DNA from: an uncultured Ignavibacteria bacterium
GTDB lineage: Bacteria; Zixibacteria; MSB-5A5; JAABVY01; JAHJOQ01
Assembly (NCBI GenBank): GCA_964415885.1
Contig: CAYQCE010000009.1
Location: 3,338 to 67,337 of the forward strand
DNA length: 64,000 nucleotides
Direction of reading: 5' to 3'
The position numbers and the translations under genes were made by a program. Below the pieces are notes generated by a model. It had not been told where the DNA came from. It searched no databases and worked only from the letters and a program-made list of their open reading frames with translations. Of this stretch, positions 8,816 to 17,628 are shown in pieces; the first letter of the stretch is position 1, and each line of letters starts with the position of its first letter.

Positions 8816-10660
8816 ATGCACAGAGCCACACTTGTACTGCTCGTCCTGTTGGGCATGTTGCTTTCGGCAGGTGCTGCTCCGGCGATAGATATTGATGAAC
8901 TAATGGAGCGACATATCGAAGCCATGGGCGGCAGGTCTGCGCTCGAGTCGATTGAGTCCTCACACACAGTTGCCAAACTCAGTATGGCCGGGATGGAGGG
9001 GAAGAGTGTCTCATACTTCGAGATACCGAACAAGTACCGCGATGAAATCATACTGCCGATCGCGACGATCACCCGTATAGCCAACGGCGACCAGTTCTGG
9101 ACTGTGGATATGGGGGGGCAGCTTCGTCGCATGACCGGAGAGGAAGTCGAGGAGATACGGACATCCGTCTTTCTGGCCTCGGGTGAATACCTCGAAGAGA
9201 AGCACCGTGGTAGTGCCGTGCAGTATCTCGGGGATGAATCCACAGAAGGTGTGAGCTATCACAAGCTGTTAATCCAGCCCGAGGGCGGCCTCGAGATGAT
9301 ACTCCATATCGATCCGGAGACATACCTCATATCATTCGGCGATGCCGAGATACAGATGTTCAGTGTGCGCACGTACCAGTCAGATTATCGTGAGATTGAT
9401 GGTGTGATGGTGCCCTTCGAATTGAGGCAGGACGCCGGAGTGCCTCAGTTGAATGCGGATATTACAGTGATCGAACATGAGTTCAATATCGATCCGGCGG
9501 ATTCGCTGTTTGAACCGCAGACACAGGAGAAAAGGCGCGCTTACATTATGGACGGAGATCGCGAGACGATCAGATTCAGGCTCAGAAGCTCGCATGTTTA
9601 TGTACCGGTCATGATAAACGGCAAGGGGCCGTACTCGTTTGTTCTCGATTCCGGAGCCGGCCTGTCGCTTGTTGGGAGAAAGGCTGCCGACGAACTGGGG
9701 CTTCCCAAAACCGGAGAACTACCGGCAGTCGGAACGGGGGGAGTCGATATCGGGACGTTTGTAACGGCGGATTCGATCAGTGTCGGGAGTGCCGTGCTGA
9801 AGGAGATTGTCGCCGGACAGCTCGACTTCTCTAACTTGAATCAGTTCGCGCAGGAGCCTATCGAGGGAATTCTCGGATACGATTTCTTCAGCAATTTCAT
9901 AGTGGAACTTAACTATTTTGACAGCACGGTGACATTTATGGACCAATCGCTCGCGAGTGAGCTATCCGCGGATGATACGATTGCAATTGAAATCGAGACG
10001 AATCACCCGATGATCGCGGCTACTATCAACGATTCGATAGTGGGCCGTTTTCGTGTGGATACAGGCAGCATGAATTATGTGGATTTCAACACGCACTTTG
10101 TCGCGGAGCACAATCTGATCGAGCGGTCGGAGTCGACTATTCCGGGCGTTAAGATCCACGGTGTCGGCGGCGATGAGCTCGAGACCATCCTCGGGCGCGT
10201 TGACAAATTCACCATCGGTGAGTTCACGATTGAGAAACTGCCGTGCGGTTTCTCGACCTCTGAATCGGGGATATTTGCGGCCCAGGCAAACGACGGCAAC
10301 ATCGGGGGAGGAGTGCTCTCCAAGTTCACGTGCACGTTTGATTATGCCAATGAACGTTTGCTGATCGAGCCAAACGACAATTTCGGCGCAGGCGATGACA
10401 TGGTCTCGGCGGGAGTCGTTCTCGGCAAAGTGGATGGTACGGTGATCGTCAGTCAGGTACTGGACGGCTCATCGGCCCACGAGGAAGATATCGCAGTCGG
10501 TGACACGGTTCTGACGGTCGACGGACAGGATGTCCGAAACATGGAACTTTTTGAGCTTCACGAGCTTCTAAACGCTGAAGAGAGTGACGAGGTGACACTG
10601 GAGATCGCGGGATCAGACGGGACTCGGATTGTAACTTTGAAGAAGAAATCGCTCTTCTGA
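8816..10660 (+). CDS. Secreted protein with two retropepsin-like aspartic peptidase domains and a C-terminal PDZ domain
   Basis: ATG at 8816 lies 8 nt after AAGGAG and is followed by a signal peptide (MHRATLVLLVLLGMLLSAGAAPA). Two clan-AA-like active-site motifs are present (VLDSGAGLSLVG and RVDTGSMNYVD). The C-terminus (VVLGKVDGTVIVSQVLDGSSAHEEDIAVGDTVLTVDGQDV…) is PDZ-like. Confidence 0.7.
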   Translation: MHRATLVLLVLLGMLLSAGAAPAIDIDELMERHIEAMGGRSALESIESSHTVAKLSMAGMEGKSVSYFEIPNKYRDEIILPIATITRIANGDQFWTVDMGGQLRRMTGEEVEEIRTSVFLASGEYLEEKHRGSAVQYLGDESTEGVSYHKLLIQPEGGLEMILHIDPETYLISFGDAEIQMFSVRTYQSDYREIDGVMVPFELRQDAGVPQLNADITVIEHEFNIDPADSLFEPQTQEKRRAYIMDGDRETIRFRLRSSHVYVPVMINGKGPYSFVLDSGAGLSLVGRKAADELGLPKTGELPAVGTGGVDIGTFVTADSISVGSAVLKEIVAGQLDFSNLNQFAQEPIEGILGYDFFSNFIVELNYFDSTVTFMDQSLASELSADDTIAIEIETNHPMIAATINDSIVGRFRVDTGSMNYVDFNTHFVAEHNLIERSESTIPGVKIHGVGGDELETILGRVDKFTIGEFTIEKLPCGFSTSESGIFAAQANDGNIGGGVLSKFTCTFDYANERLLIEPNDNFGAGDDMVSAGVVLGKVDGTVIVSQVLDGSSAHEEDIAVGDTVLTVDGQDVRNMELFELHELLNAEESDEVTLEIAGSDGTRIVTLKKKSLF

Positions 10661-10745
10661 GCCGGGGTTTGATTCAGAATGGACTTTCCGGCGCACTTTT
10701 CTATAGAGTTAGTTGCCTGAGATCAACCTCTTCCGAGGAGGAGAA

Positions 10746-11423
10746 TTGAGAGTCCTTTTTCTTGCTTTTTCACTGACTTGTGTCCTGTCGATGAGTGCAT
10801 TCGCTCAGTCTGATGAGCAAAACGTGCTCATCGGTAACAAGGGCAATCAGATGCTCGGTGTGCGCTTCGGGGTACACAGCTTCACTACAAACGAGGAAGG
10901 GACTTTCGAAGATCTCGACGTGAACACTTCCACGGATGTGAGTTTTGCGGCTGAGTTCTATTTTAACTACTTCCTTGTTGACAAGCTGGGAATGGAGTTG
11001 TCTCTCGGCAGTGCTCATCGGGGTGAGGTCGTTTTCCGTGATTCGAATTCGGCCCTGGTATCTTACGGTTCGGCGAATGTCTACCCAATGTCTGTGGGGC
11101 TCAAGGCAACGCCACTATCCGGTTGGGTCAGCGACCATTATCAGCCGTTCTTTCTGATAGGCGGCTCACTCGTCGTAGCGCGTCGGATTTTCGAGACCGG
11201 TGACTTGGGTCTGTATGCATACGGTACCGAATCCGAGACAGATTTCGGATGGTTCTGGGGCGCCGGTTTCGAGTCGTACATTTCGCACAGCATCTGCGTG
11301 TCGTCATCTTTCAAGCAGTATTCAATCGACTATTCAGACTATATAGCAGGATATAAAGATCACTCGGGCTGGCAAATAATTGTCGGCATCGCATACATCT
11401 GGAGACAGATCCAGTTCGATTAG
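10746..11423 (+). CDS. Outer-membrane beta-barrel protein (OmpA-like membrane domain / OmpW-like)
   Basis: TTG at 10746 after GAGGAGGAG gives a signal peptide (LRVLFLAFSLTCVLSMSAFAQS). The remainder has alternating hydrophobic residues with aromatic girdles (…YGTESETDFGWFWGAGFESY…). Confidence 0.5.
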   Translation: MRVLFLAFSLTCVLSMSAFAQSDEQNVLIGNKGNQMLGVRFGVHSFTTNEEGTFEDLDVNTSTDVSFAAEFYFNYFLVDKLGMELSLGSAHRGEVVFRDSNSALVSYGSANVYPMSVGLKATPLSGWVSDHYQPFFLIGGSLVVARRIFETGDLGLYAYGTESETDFGWFWGAGFESYISHSICVSSSFKQYSIDYSDYIAGYKDHSGWQIIVGIAYIWRQIQFD

Positions 11424-11437
11424 TCTAAGGAGGAGTA

Positions 11438-12439
11438 ATGGGTTCCAAGGTTGCTGTTAACGGTTTTGGACGGATAGGACGGCTCGTACTGCGTTCCGCC
11501 CTCAAGAAGAAATCGGACCTCGATTTCGTGGCTATCAATGATATAACGGATGCCAAAACGCTGGCACATCTTTTCAAGTACGATTCCGTACACGGCATCT
11601 ATGACGGGGATGTTAAGGCGGACGGCGACGCGATAGTCGTAGACGGCAAGAAAATCCCGGTTACCGCGATATTCGAGCCCTCTGAACTGCCGCACAAATC
11701 GAATGGTGTCGATATCGTGATCGAGTGCACCGGCAAGTTCCGTGATAAGGCCGGCGCTGGCAAGCACATTCAGGCAGGCGCGAAGAAGGTGCTGATTTCG
11801 GCCCCCGCCAAGAACCCGGATGGAACTTTCGTGATCGGCGTGAACGATGATCAGTATGACAAGTCGAAGCATGACATTATCTCAATCGGCTCGTGCACCA
11901 CGAACTGCCTCGCTCCGGTGGTCAAGGTCCTCAATGACGAATTCGGGATCGCGCACGGTGTTATGACAACAATCCACAGCTATACTAACGATCAGCGAAT
12001 ACTCGATCTACCGCACGGGGACCTTCGCAGAGCACGCGCTGCGGCGATGTCGATGATACCGACCACGACGGGCGCCGCAAAGGCGATCTCGCTCGTGGTG
12101 CCGGAAGTTGAGGGCAAGCTGGATGGTCTCTCGATCCGTGTGCCGACACCGGATGCCTCGCTCGTCGATCTCGTAGCTACGCTCGAGAAGGACGTTACCA
12201 TAGATTCGGTTAACTCAGCCATGAAGTCCGCGGCAACATCCGGACCGCTCGCGCCGGTATTTCAGTACTCGGAGGAGCCGATCGTGTCGACCGATATCAT
12301 AGGCAATCCAAATTCATCCGTGTTCGATTCCCCGCTCACTATTTGCATGGCGAAGAGGATGGTCAAAGTGTTTAGCTGGTATGATAACGAGTGGGGTTTC
12401 TCCAACCGCATGGTCGACATGATGGAGAAGATGCTGTAG
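11438..12439 (+). CDS. gap: Type I glyceraldehyde-3-phosphate dehydrogenase
   Basis: AGGAGGAG RBS. NAD-binding motif VAVNGFGRIGR and the catalytic SCTTNCLAP motif are both present. Confidence 0.95.
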   Translation: MGSKVAVNGFGRIGRLVLRSALKKKSDLDFVAINDITDAKTLAHLFKYDSVHGIYDGDVKADGDAIVVDGKKIPVTAIFEPSELPHKSNGVDIVIECTGKFRDKAGAGKHIQAGAKKVLISAPAKNPDGTFVIGVNDDQYDKSKHDIISIGSCTTNCLAPVVKVLNDEFGIAHGVMTTIHSYTNDQRILDLPHGDLRRARAAAMSMIPTTTGAAKAISLVVPEVEGKLDGLSIRVPTPDASLVDLVATLEKDVTIDSVNSAMKSAATSGPLAPVFQYSEEPIVSTDIIGNPNSSVFDSPLTICMAKRMVKVFSWYDNEWGFSNRMVDMMEKML

Positions 12440-12510
12440 GGAACAGAGGCTGCAATTGTGCTTAAAGAGCGACGGGATCGTCGCTCTTCCTATATGGAGG
12501 TGATCGCTAT

Positions 12511-13704
12511 ATGGAGAAGCTGACAATAGATGATCTCGATCTCGTGGGGAAAAGGGTTCTCGTTCGGGTCGATTTCAATGTGCCGATCAGGGATGGCAAG
12601 GTGGCGGATGACCTCCGAGTCCGGTCGGCGGTGCCCACGATAAACAAGATCATCAAGTCCGGTGGATTCCCCGTGCTGATGTCACACCTGGGCCGGCCCA
12701 AAGGTGAGCGTGACGACGATTTCAGTCTCGAGCCCGTGGCATCATGTCTCGCCGGAATTCTCGGCAGCCCTGTTCGATTCTCGAACGAGTGTATCGGCGA
12801 GGATATCGTGGATCAGACGCGGTCGCTGCAAAGCTCGGAGTCAATCGTACTCGAAAACCTGCGTTTTCACGAGGGCGAGAAGAAGAACGACCCGAAGTTC
12901 GCTGAGGAACTTGCGAAGAACGGCGATCTGTACGTGAACGATGCTTTCGGAACCGCACACCGTGCGCATGCCTCGACAGTCGGTGTGACGAAACACTTCG
13001 ATCAGTGCGCGTCCGGATATCTGATCCAGAAAGAGCTGCAGTATCTTGTCAACGCTCTCGAAAAGCCGGAACGACCATTCGTCGCTATCCTCGGCGGCGC
13101 GAAGATCTCGGGTAAGATTGATGTCATCCGCAATCTGTTCGACAAGGTCGACTCGATTCTGATCGGCGGTGCGATGGCGTTCACATTCTTCAAGGCCAAA
13201 GGCTGGGAAGTCGGAGATTCGCTCGTCGAAGAGGAGCGTGTCGATATGGCCGGAGAGATTCTGAGCGAGGCCGAGTCGAAGGGAATAGACCTGGTTCTGC
13301 CGGTCGATATCGTTGTTTCGGAGAAGGACGACGGCTCAGCCGATGCTGCAACGGTAAGCGCGGACTCGATTCCATCAGGCAAGAAGGGCCTCGATGTCGG
13401 AGAGAAAACTCTCGAGCAATTCGAGAAGATTCTGTGTGAATCGAAAACGGTAGTCTGGAACGGCCCGATGGGGCTTTTCGAAGTCGACAAGTTCGCGAAG
13501 GGAACATACGAGATCGCCGAGATATTGTCGCGCATTTCAGGCAAGGGTGCGATCACGATAGTCGGTGGCGGCGACTCCGCATCGGCAGTGAAAAAAGCCG
13601 GAGTTCAGGACAAGATTTCCCACATCTCCACCGGCGGCGGCGCCAGCCTCGAACTTCTCGAGGGTAAGGAGTTGCCCGGAATCGCGGCGTTGACCGATAA
13701 GTAG
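12511..13704 (+). CDS. pgk: Phosphoglycerate kinase
   Basis: Carries the PGK signatures (…RVDFNVP…, …[12 protein letters not shown]…). GGAGGTGA RBS upstream. Confidence 0.95.
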   Translation: MEKLTIDDLDLVGKRVLVRVDFNVPIRDGKVADDLRVRSAVPTINKIIKSGGFPVLMSHLGRPKGERDDDFSLEPVASCLAGILGSPVRFSNECIGEDIVDQTRSLQSSESIVLENLRFHEGEKKNDPKFAEELAKNGDLYVNDAFGTAHRAHASTVGVTKHFDQCASGYLIQKELQYLVNALEKPERPFVAILGGAKISGKIDVIRNLFDKVDSILIGGAMAFTFFKAKGWEVGDSLVEEERVDMAGEILSEAESKGIDLVLPVDIVVSEKDDGSADAATVSADSIPSGKKGLDVGEKTLEQFEKILCESKTVVWNGPMGLFEVDKFAKGTYEIAEILSRISGKGAITIVGGGDSASAVKKAGVQDKISHISTGGGASLELLEGKELPGIAALTDK

Positions 13705-13736
13705 AGACCAGAATTAAATCCGAACGGGAGTGATGA

Positions 13737-14495
13737 ATGATGCGACGATACCTGATTGCCGGTAACTGGAAGATGAATAAAGACCATCGGGAAACTGTCG
13801 ATCTGATTAATGGTATTAAGGATGGACTCACGCCGGATGAGAAATTCGAGGTCCTGGTTTTCCCGCCGTTTACCTCGATTCCAGCCGCTGTCGCTAACGC
13901 CGCTGAGACAAGAATCAAGGTCGGTGGCCAGAACATCTGCTGGGAGAATGAGGGCGCCTTTACTGGCGAAATCAGCGCTCGGATGCTCTTGACAATCGGT
14001 TGTGAATACGTTATTTTGGGTCACTCTGAGAGACGGGAGTTTCTCAAAGAGACCGATAAGGTTGTTTCCAGGAAGGTCAAGATTGCGCTCGATACCGGAT
14101 TAAAACCGATCGTCTGTATCGGCGAAACGCTTGACCAGAGAGAAGCAGATAAGACCGAGGAGGTAGTCGGCGGACAACTGGAGGGATCATTTGAAGGAGT
14201 GGATAAGGCCGGATTTGACAAATGTGTTATCGCCTACGAACCTGTCTGGGCGATTGGCACCGGGAAGACGGCGACTCCGGAGATGGCCGAAGATGTTCAC
14301 CGATTCATACGTGACAAGGTCAAGGAGAAATACGGAGAGGATAGCGCGGAGAAAGTCAGAGTCCTTTACGGCGGCTCGATGAAACCGTCCAATTCGGCCG
14401 ACTTGCTGTCGCAACCGGATATCGACGGAGGCCTGATCGGGGGTGCATCCTTGAAAGCGGAAGATTTCCTGGGAATCATAGCTACTGTTCCATAG
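13737..14495 (+). CDS. tpiA: Triose-phosphate isomerase
   Basis: Contains AGNWKMN, …[14 protein letters not shown]… and …YGGS…. GGGAG RBS upstream. Confidence 0.95.
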   Translation: MMRRYLIAGNWKMNKDHRETVDLINGIKDGLTPDEKFEVLVFPPFTSIPAAVANAAETRIKVGGQNICWENEGAFTGEISARMLLTIGCEYVILGHSERREFLKETDKVVSRKVKIALDTGLKPIVCIGETLDQREADKTEEVVGGQLEGSFEGVDKAGFDKCVIAYEPVWAIGTGKTATPEMAEDVHRFIRDKVKEKYGEDSAEKVRVLYGGSMKPSNSADLLSQPDIDGGLIGGASLKAEDFLGIIATVP

Positions 14496-14529
14496 AGCGT
14501 CGGAATGACGCAAAGGGAGGATACAAAAG

Positions 14530-14985
14530 TTGTTTACGGTTTTGATAACGATACACGTTCTGGTCTCTTTCGGACTGATCATCAGCGTACTGATGCAGTC
14601 GGCCAAGGGTGAGGGACTCGCCGGTGCATTCGGCGGGGGCGCACTCTCGGGCGCGGTTTTTGGCGGGAGAGGCGCTGCCTCATTCCTGTCCAGAGCCACC
14701 ACAGTACTGGCAGTCATGTTCATGGGGATGTGTATCCTGCTTACGCTCGTGACGGGCGGCGGTCGCACCGGCGGCACGTTCGACGGAACCTCGGCTGTCC
14801 AGCAGTCAGTGCAGGGCGGAGCCGAATCTCCAAGGCCCGTATCGCCTTCCGATATTCCGGCGGTTAATGTCGGTGGGGAGGGCGCAGAGCCGCTGATGCC
14901 GAGTGAGACCCCGCAGCAGCAGCAGCCGGGCCAGACCGGTGGGACTCCTGCCGAGGAGCCCGCGGGCGAAGGCGGCGGTCAGTAA
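14530..14985 (+). CDS. secG: Preprotein translocase subunit SecG with a long low-complexity C-terminal extension
   Basis: TTG start after AGGGAGGA. The N-terminal 75 aa form the SecG two-TM core (…LISVLMQSAKGEGLAGAFGGG…). The gene follows tpiA as in many bacteria. The C-terminal ~70 aa are a P/G/E/Q-rich tail. Confidence 0.7.
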   Translation: MFTVLITIHVLVSFGLIISVLMQSAKGEGLAGAFGGGALSGAVFGGRGAASFLSRATTVLAVMFMGMCILLTLVTGGGRTGGTFDGTSAVQQSVQGGAESPRPVSPSDIPAVNVGGEGAEPLMPSETPQQQQPGQTGGTPAEEPAGEGGGQ

Positions 14986-15025
14986 TCTGTACGGGCGTGG
15001 CAGCACGCGAAAATATCGAGCTCTC

Positions 15026-15107
15026 GCCGAGGTGGTGGAATTGGTAGACACGCTATCTTGAGGGGGTAGTGAGGCAACTCGTGCGGGTTCAAATCCCGCC
15101 CTCGGCA
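15026..15107 (+). tRNA. tRNA-Leu (anticodon GAG)
   Basis: Cloverleaf folded by hand: acceptor stem GCCGAGG/CCTCGGC, a 5-bp anticodon stem, loop TTGAGGG (anticodon GAG), a long variable arm, and T-arm GCGGGTTCAAATCCCGC. Confidence 0.8.
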
Positions 15108-15119
15108 TGAAGATATAGA

Positions 15120-15149
15120 GGCCTGCAGTTTCTGCAGGCCTTTTCGTTT
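15120..15149 (+). terminator. Rho-independent terminator after tRNA-Leu
   Basis: 9-bp perfect stem GGCCTGCAG/CTGCAGGCC with a 3-nt loop, followed by TTTTCGTTT. Confidence 0.75.
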
Positions 15150-15262
15150 GAACAGTCCAGTCGGAACAACCTCGCACCGGTCGGCATTATTATGAAGTGT
15201 GATAAGGCTGTCCAGTTTCGGCTGGTGGCATTACGCTGATCTGACTCGAAAGGTGGATTGTT

Positions 15263-15985
15263 TTGGCAGATACAAGAACACTCGAAGGCAGGGTAGCTCT
15301 GGTTACCGGAGCGGGACGCGGGATCGGAAGGGCCACATGCGAGCTGTTCGCTGAGCATGGCGCTGACCTCGTGCTCGTATCACGCACGGAGAGTGAACTG
15401 GTGGAGACCGCGAAGAAGTGCTCGGCTCACGGCGCGAAGTCACTCGTGCGCCCAACAGACATATCATCCTCCGACGATGCCGATAACCTGTTCATCGATC
15501 TGCTTGCCAGATTTCCGAGGGTCGACATACTTGTAAACAACGCTGGTATCTTCCACGGCGCACCTATGGAGGAATTTGATCTCGATAAGTTCCGCGAGGT
15601 GATGAAGATAAATGTCGAGGCGCCACTTTATCTGTCCCAGAAGATGCTGAAGACGGTCGATCCTGAGGTCGGCGGTACGATAGTAAACATATCCTCGTAT
15701 TCGGGATGTTTCGGCACCTCGAAATTCCCCCGTTTCGGAGCCTATAACATGAGCAAATACGCGCTATGGGGTCTGACGGAAATTCTGGCTCTCGAATGCA
15801 AAGAGAGGGGTGTGCGCGTTAATCAGGTATCGCCTGCCGGAGTCGACACTCGGATGTTCCGCGAGGCCGTGGGGGAGGGCGTTACGCCGGGGCTCAAGCC
15901 GGAGGATGTCGCCGAGAAGATACTCTACTTTGCGTCCGATGAATCGGCACCTGCCACCGGCGAGAATCTCAAGGTGCCCGGATGA
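15263..15985 (+). CDS. SDR-family oxidoreductase (short-chain dehydrogenase/reductase)
   Basis: TTG start. Has the TGAGRGIGRA Rossmann motif and the catalytic YxxxK (…YNMSKYALWG…). Confidence 0.85.
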   Translation: MADTRTLEGRVALVTGAGRGIGRATCELFAEHGADLVLVSRTESELVETAKKCSAHGAKSLVRPTDISSSDDADNLFIDLLARFPRVDILVNNAGIFHGAPMEEFDLDKFREVMKINVEAPLYLSQKMLKTVDPEVGGTIVNISSYSGCFGTSKFPRFGAYNMSKYALWGLTEILALECKERGVRVNQVSPAGVDTRMFREAVGEGVTPGLKPEDVAEKILYFASDESAPATGENLKVPG

Positions 15986-16071
15986 TTGAATATTGGTATC
16001 GCCCGGCGATGCAATACGAATGAACCTTTTTTCGGTTTTCGTGTTTATCCGTAAGGGTATGACGAGGAAAA

Positions 16072-16479
16072 ATGAAGACTACAGTCGTTAGAAGGATGAG
16101 GTTTTCGGCCGGTCACAGGCTCTATCGGCCGGAATTGTCCGACGAGGAGAATTTCAATATCTACGGTCCCTGCTCACACCCGCAGGGCCACGGCCATAAT
16201 TATGAACTGGAGGTCTATGTCACCGGTGACACGGATCGGAAGACCGGTTTTGTCGTGGACCTGAAGAGCCTTAAAGAAATAATACACGAAAATGTAATAT
16301 CCAAGTTGGATCACAAGAATCTCAACGAGGATGTTGATTTCATGAAGGGTATGGTTCCTACAACGGAGAACCTCGCCGAGCAGATTTTCCGAATTCTCGA
16401 TGACAAGCTGGGTGGTGAAAGGCTGACTCGCGTTGTCATACGGGAGACAGAAAACAATCGCGTAGAGGTAAGCCGTTAG
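16072..16479 (+). CDS. queD: 6-carboxytetrahydropterin / 6-pyruvoyl-tetrahydropterin synthase (QueD/PTPS family)
   Basis: 135 aa with …FSAGHRLY… and …CSHPQGHGHNYELEV…, the Zn-binding His triad pattern of PTPS/QueD. Confidence 0.85.
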   Translation: MKTTVVRRMRFSAGHRLYRPELSDEENFNIYGPCSHPQGHGHNYELEVYVTGDTDRKTGFVVDLKSLKEIIHENVISKLDHKNLNEDVDFMKGMVPTTENLAEQIFRILDDKLGGERLTRVVIRETENNRVEVSR

Positions 16480-16494
16480 ATAGGAGTAATTGAC

Positions 16495-17340
16495 ATGATA
16501 GATGTACAGAATCTACCAGACGATCGCAAGATCTACATTGACAAGGTCGGAATCAAATCGCTCAAGTTTCCGGTTGTCGTTCAGGACAAGAAACACGGCA
16601 CCCAGAACACGATTGCAGAGGTCAATTTCTACGTTGATCTGCCGCACAGTTTCAAGGGAACCCACATGAGCAGATTCGTGGAAATTCTCAACGACCATTC
16701 CGGGGCGCTGTCGACCGAAAATGTGGGCGAAATTCTCGAGGCCGCCAAGAAAAAGCTGAAGGCCCTACGGGCGCATCTCGATCTCACGTTCCCGTACTTC
16801 ATCGAGAAGGAAGCACCGGTAACCGGCTCGAAGGGCGTTATCGACTACGAATGTACGATCTCGGCTGCAAGCAACGGCAACGAGAGGGATGATGTCGTGT
16901 TGACAGTTCGAGTTCCGGTAACGACTCTCTGTCCGTGCTCGAAAGAGATATCGGAGTATGGCGCACACAACCAGCGTTCGATCGTGACTGTCTCGGTTCG
17001 TCTTAACAGTTTCATTTGGCTCGAGGAACTGATCAAGAACATCGAGGAGCAGGCCAGTAGCGAGATATTCTCGCTGCTTAAGCGCGAGGACGAGAAGTTC
17101 GTGACGGAGACAGCGTACAACAACCCGGCGTTCGTCGAGGATATAGTGCGTTCGGTCACGAGTGTTCTTTCCAGCGACCCGCGTATCGATTGGTTCAGCG
17201 TTGAGTCGGAGAACCACGAGTCGATCCACAATCACAACGCATACGCATTTGTCGAGCGGAATGTAAAGGCGGAGCGCGAGGAGAAGTCTCGTATCGAATC
17301 CAGGCGCACTGTCGAGTCGACAGAGACTGTCGGCAAATGA
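16495..17340 (+). CDS. folE2: GTP cyclohydrolase FolE2 (GCYH-IB / MptA family)
   Basis: Contains …YIDKVGIKSLKFPV… and …TTLCPCSKEISEYGAHNQRS…, characteristic of type 2 GTP cyclohydrolase I. TAGGAG RBS. Confidence 0.85.
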   Translation: MIDVQNLPDDRKIYIDKVGIKSLKFPVVVQDKKHGTQNTIAEVNFYVDLPHSFKGTHMSRFVEILNDHSGALSTENVGEILEAAKKKLKALRAHLDLTFPYFIEKEAPVTGSKGVIDYECTISAASNGNERDDVVLTVRVPVTTLCPCSKEISEYGAHNQRSIVTVSVRLNSFIWLEELIKNIEEQASSEIFSLLKREDEKFVTETAYNNPAFVEDIVRSVTSVLSSDPRIDWFSVESENHESIHNHNAYAFVERNVKAEREEKSRIESRRTVESTETVGK

Positions 17341-17628
17341 GATGTAGTACGGCGGGATCAGCCGGTCCCGCCGACTCTTGAAGTACTCCAGTTAACAGCA
17401 ATCATAACATAGCCTTAACTTCATCGGTGCTTACCCGGCCAATATAGTGACACGGCAGGTCCATTATTTCTCGGAACCTGTGGCGGTTGCGAGCGTTGCA
17501 ACAAATTGATATGGCAACCAGGCGGTCAGATATTTGCTTCATCGCGCTAATGCATCAAGGATCCCACAAGACTGTCCCCCATATTGATTCGGCATACAAT
17601 TCCGGAATATTCTTCGAAAGGACCAGTG

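Noticed and set aside
14806-15177. 123-aa minus-strand ORF
   Set aside because: It lies antisense across the tRNA-Leu(GAG) gene and its terminator, has no RBS and is Arg-rich, which is typical of GC-rich antisense frames.
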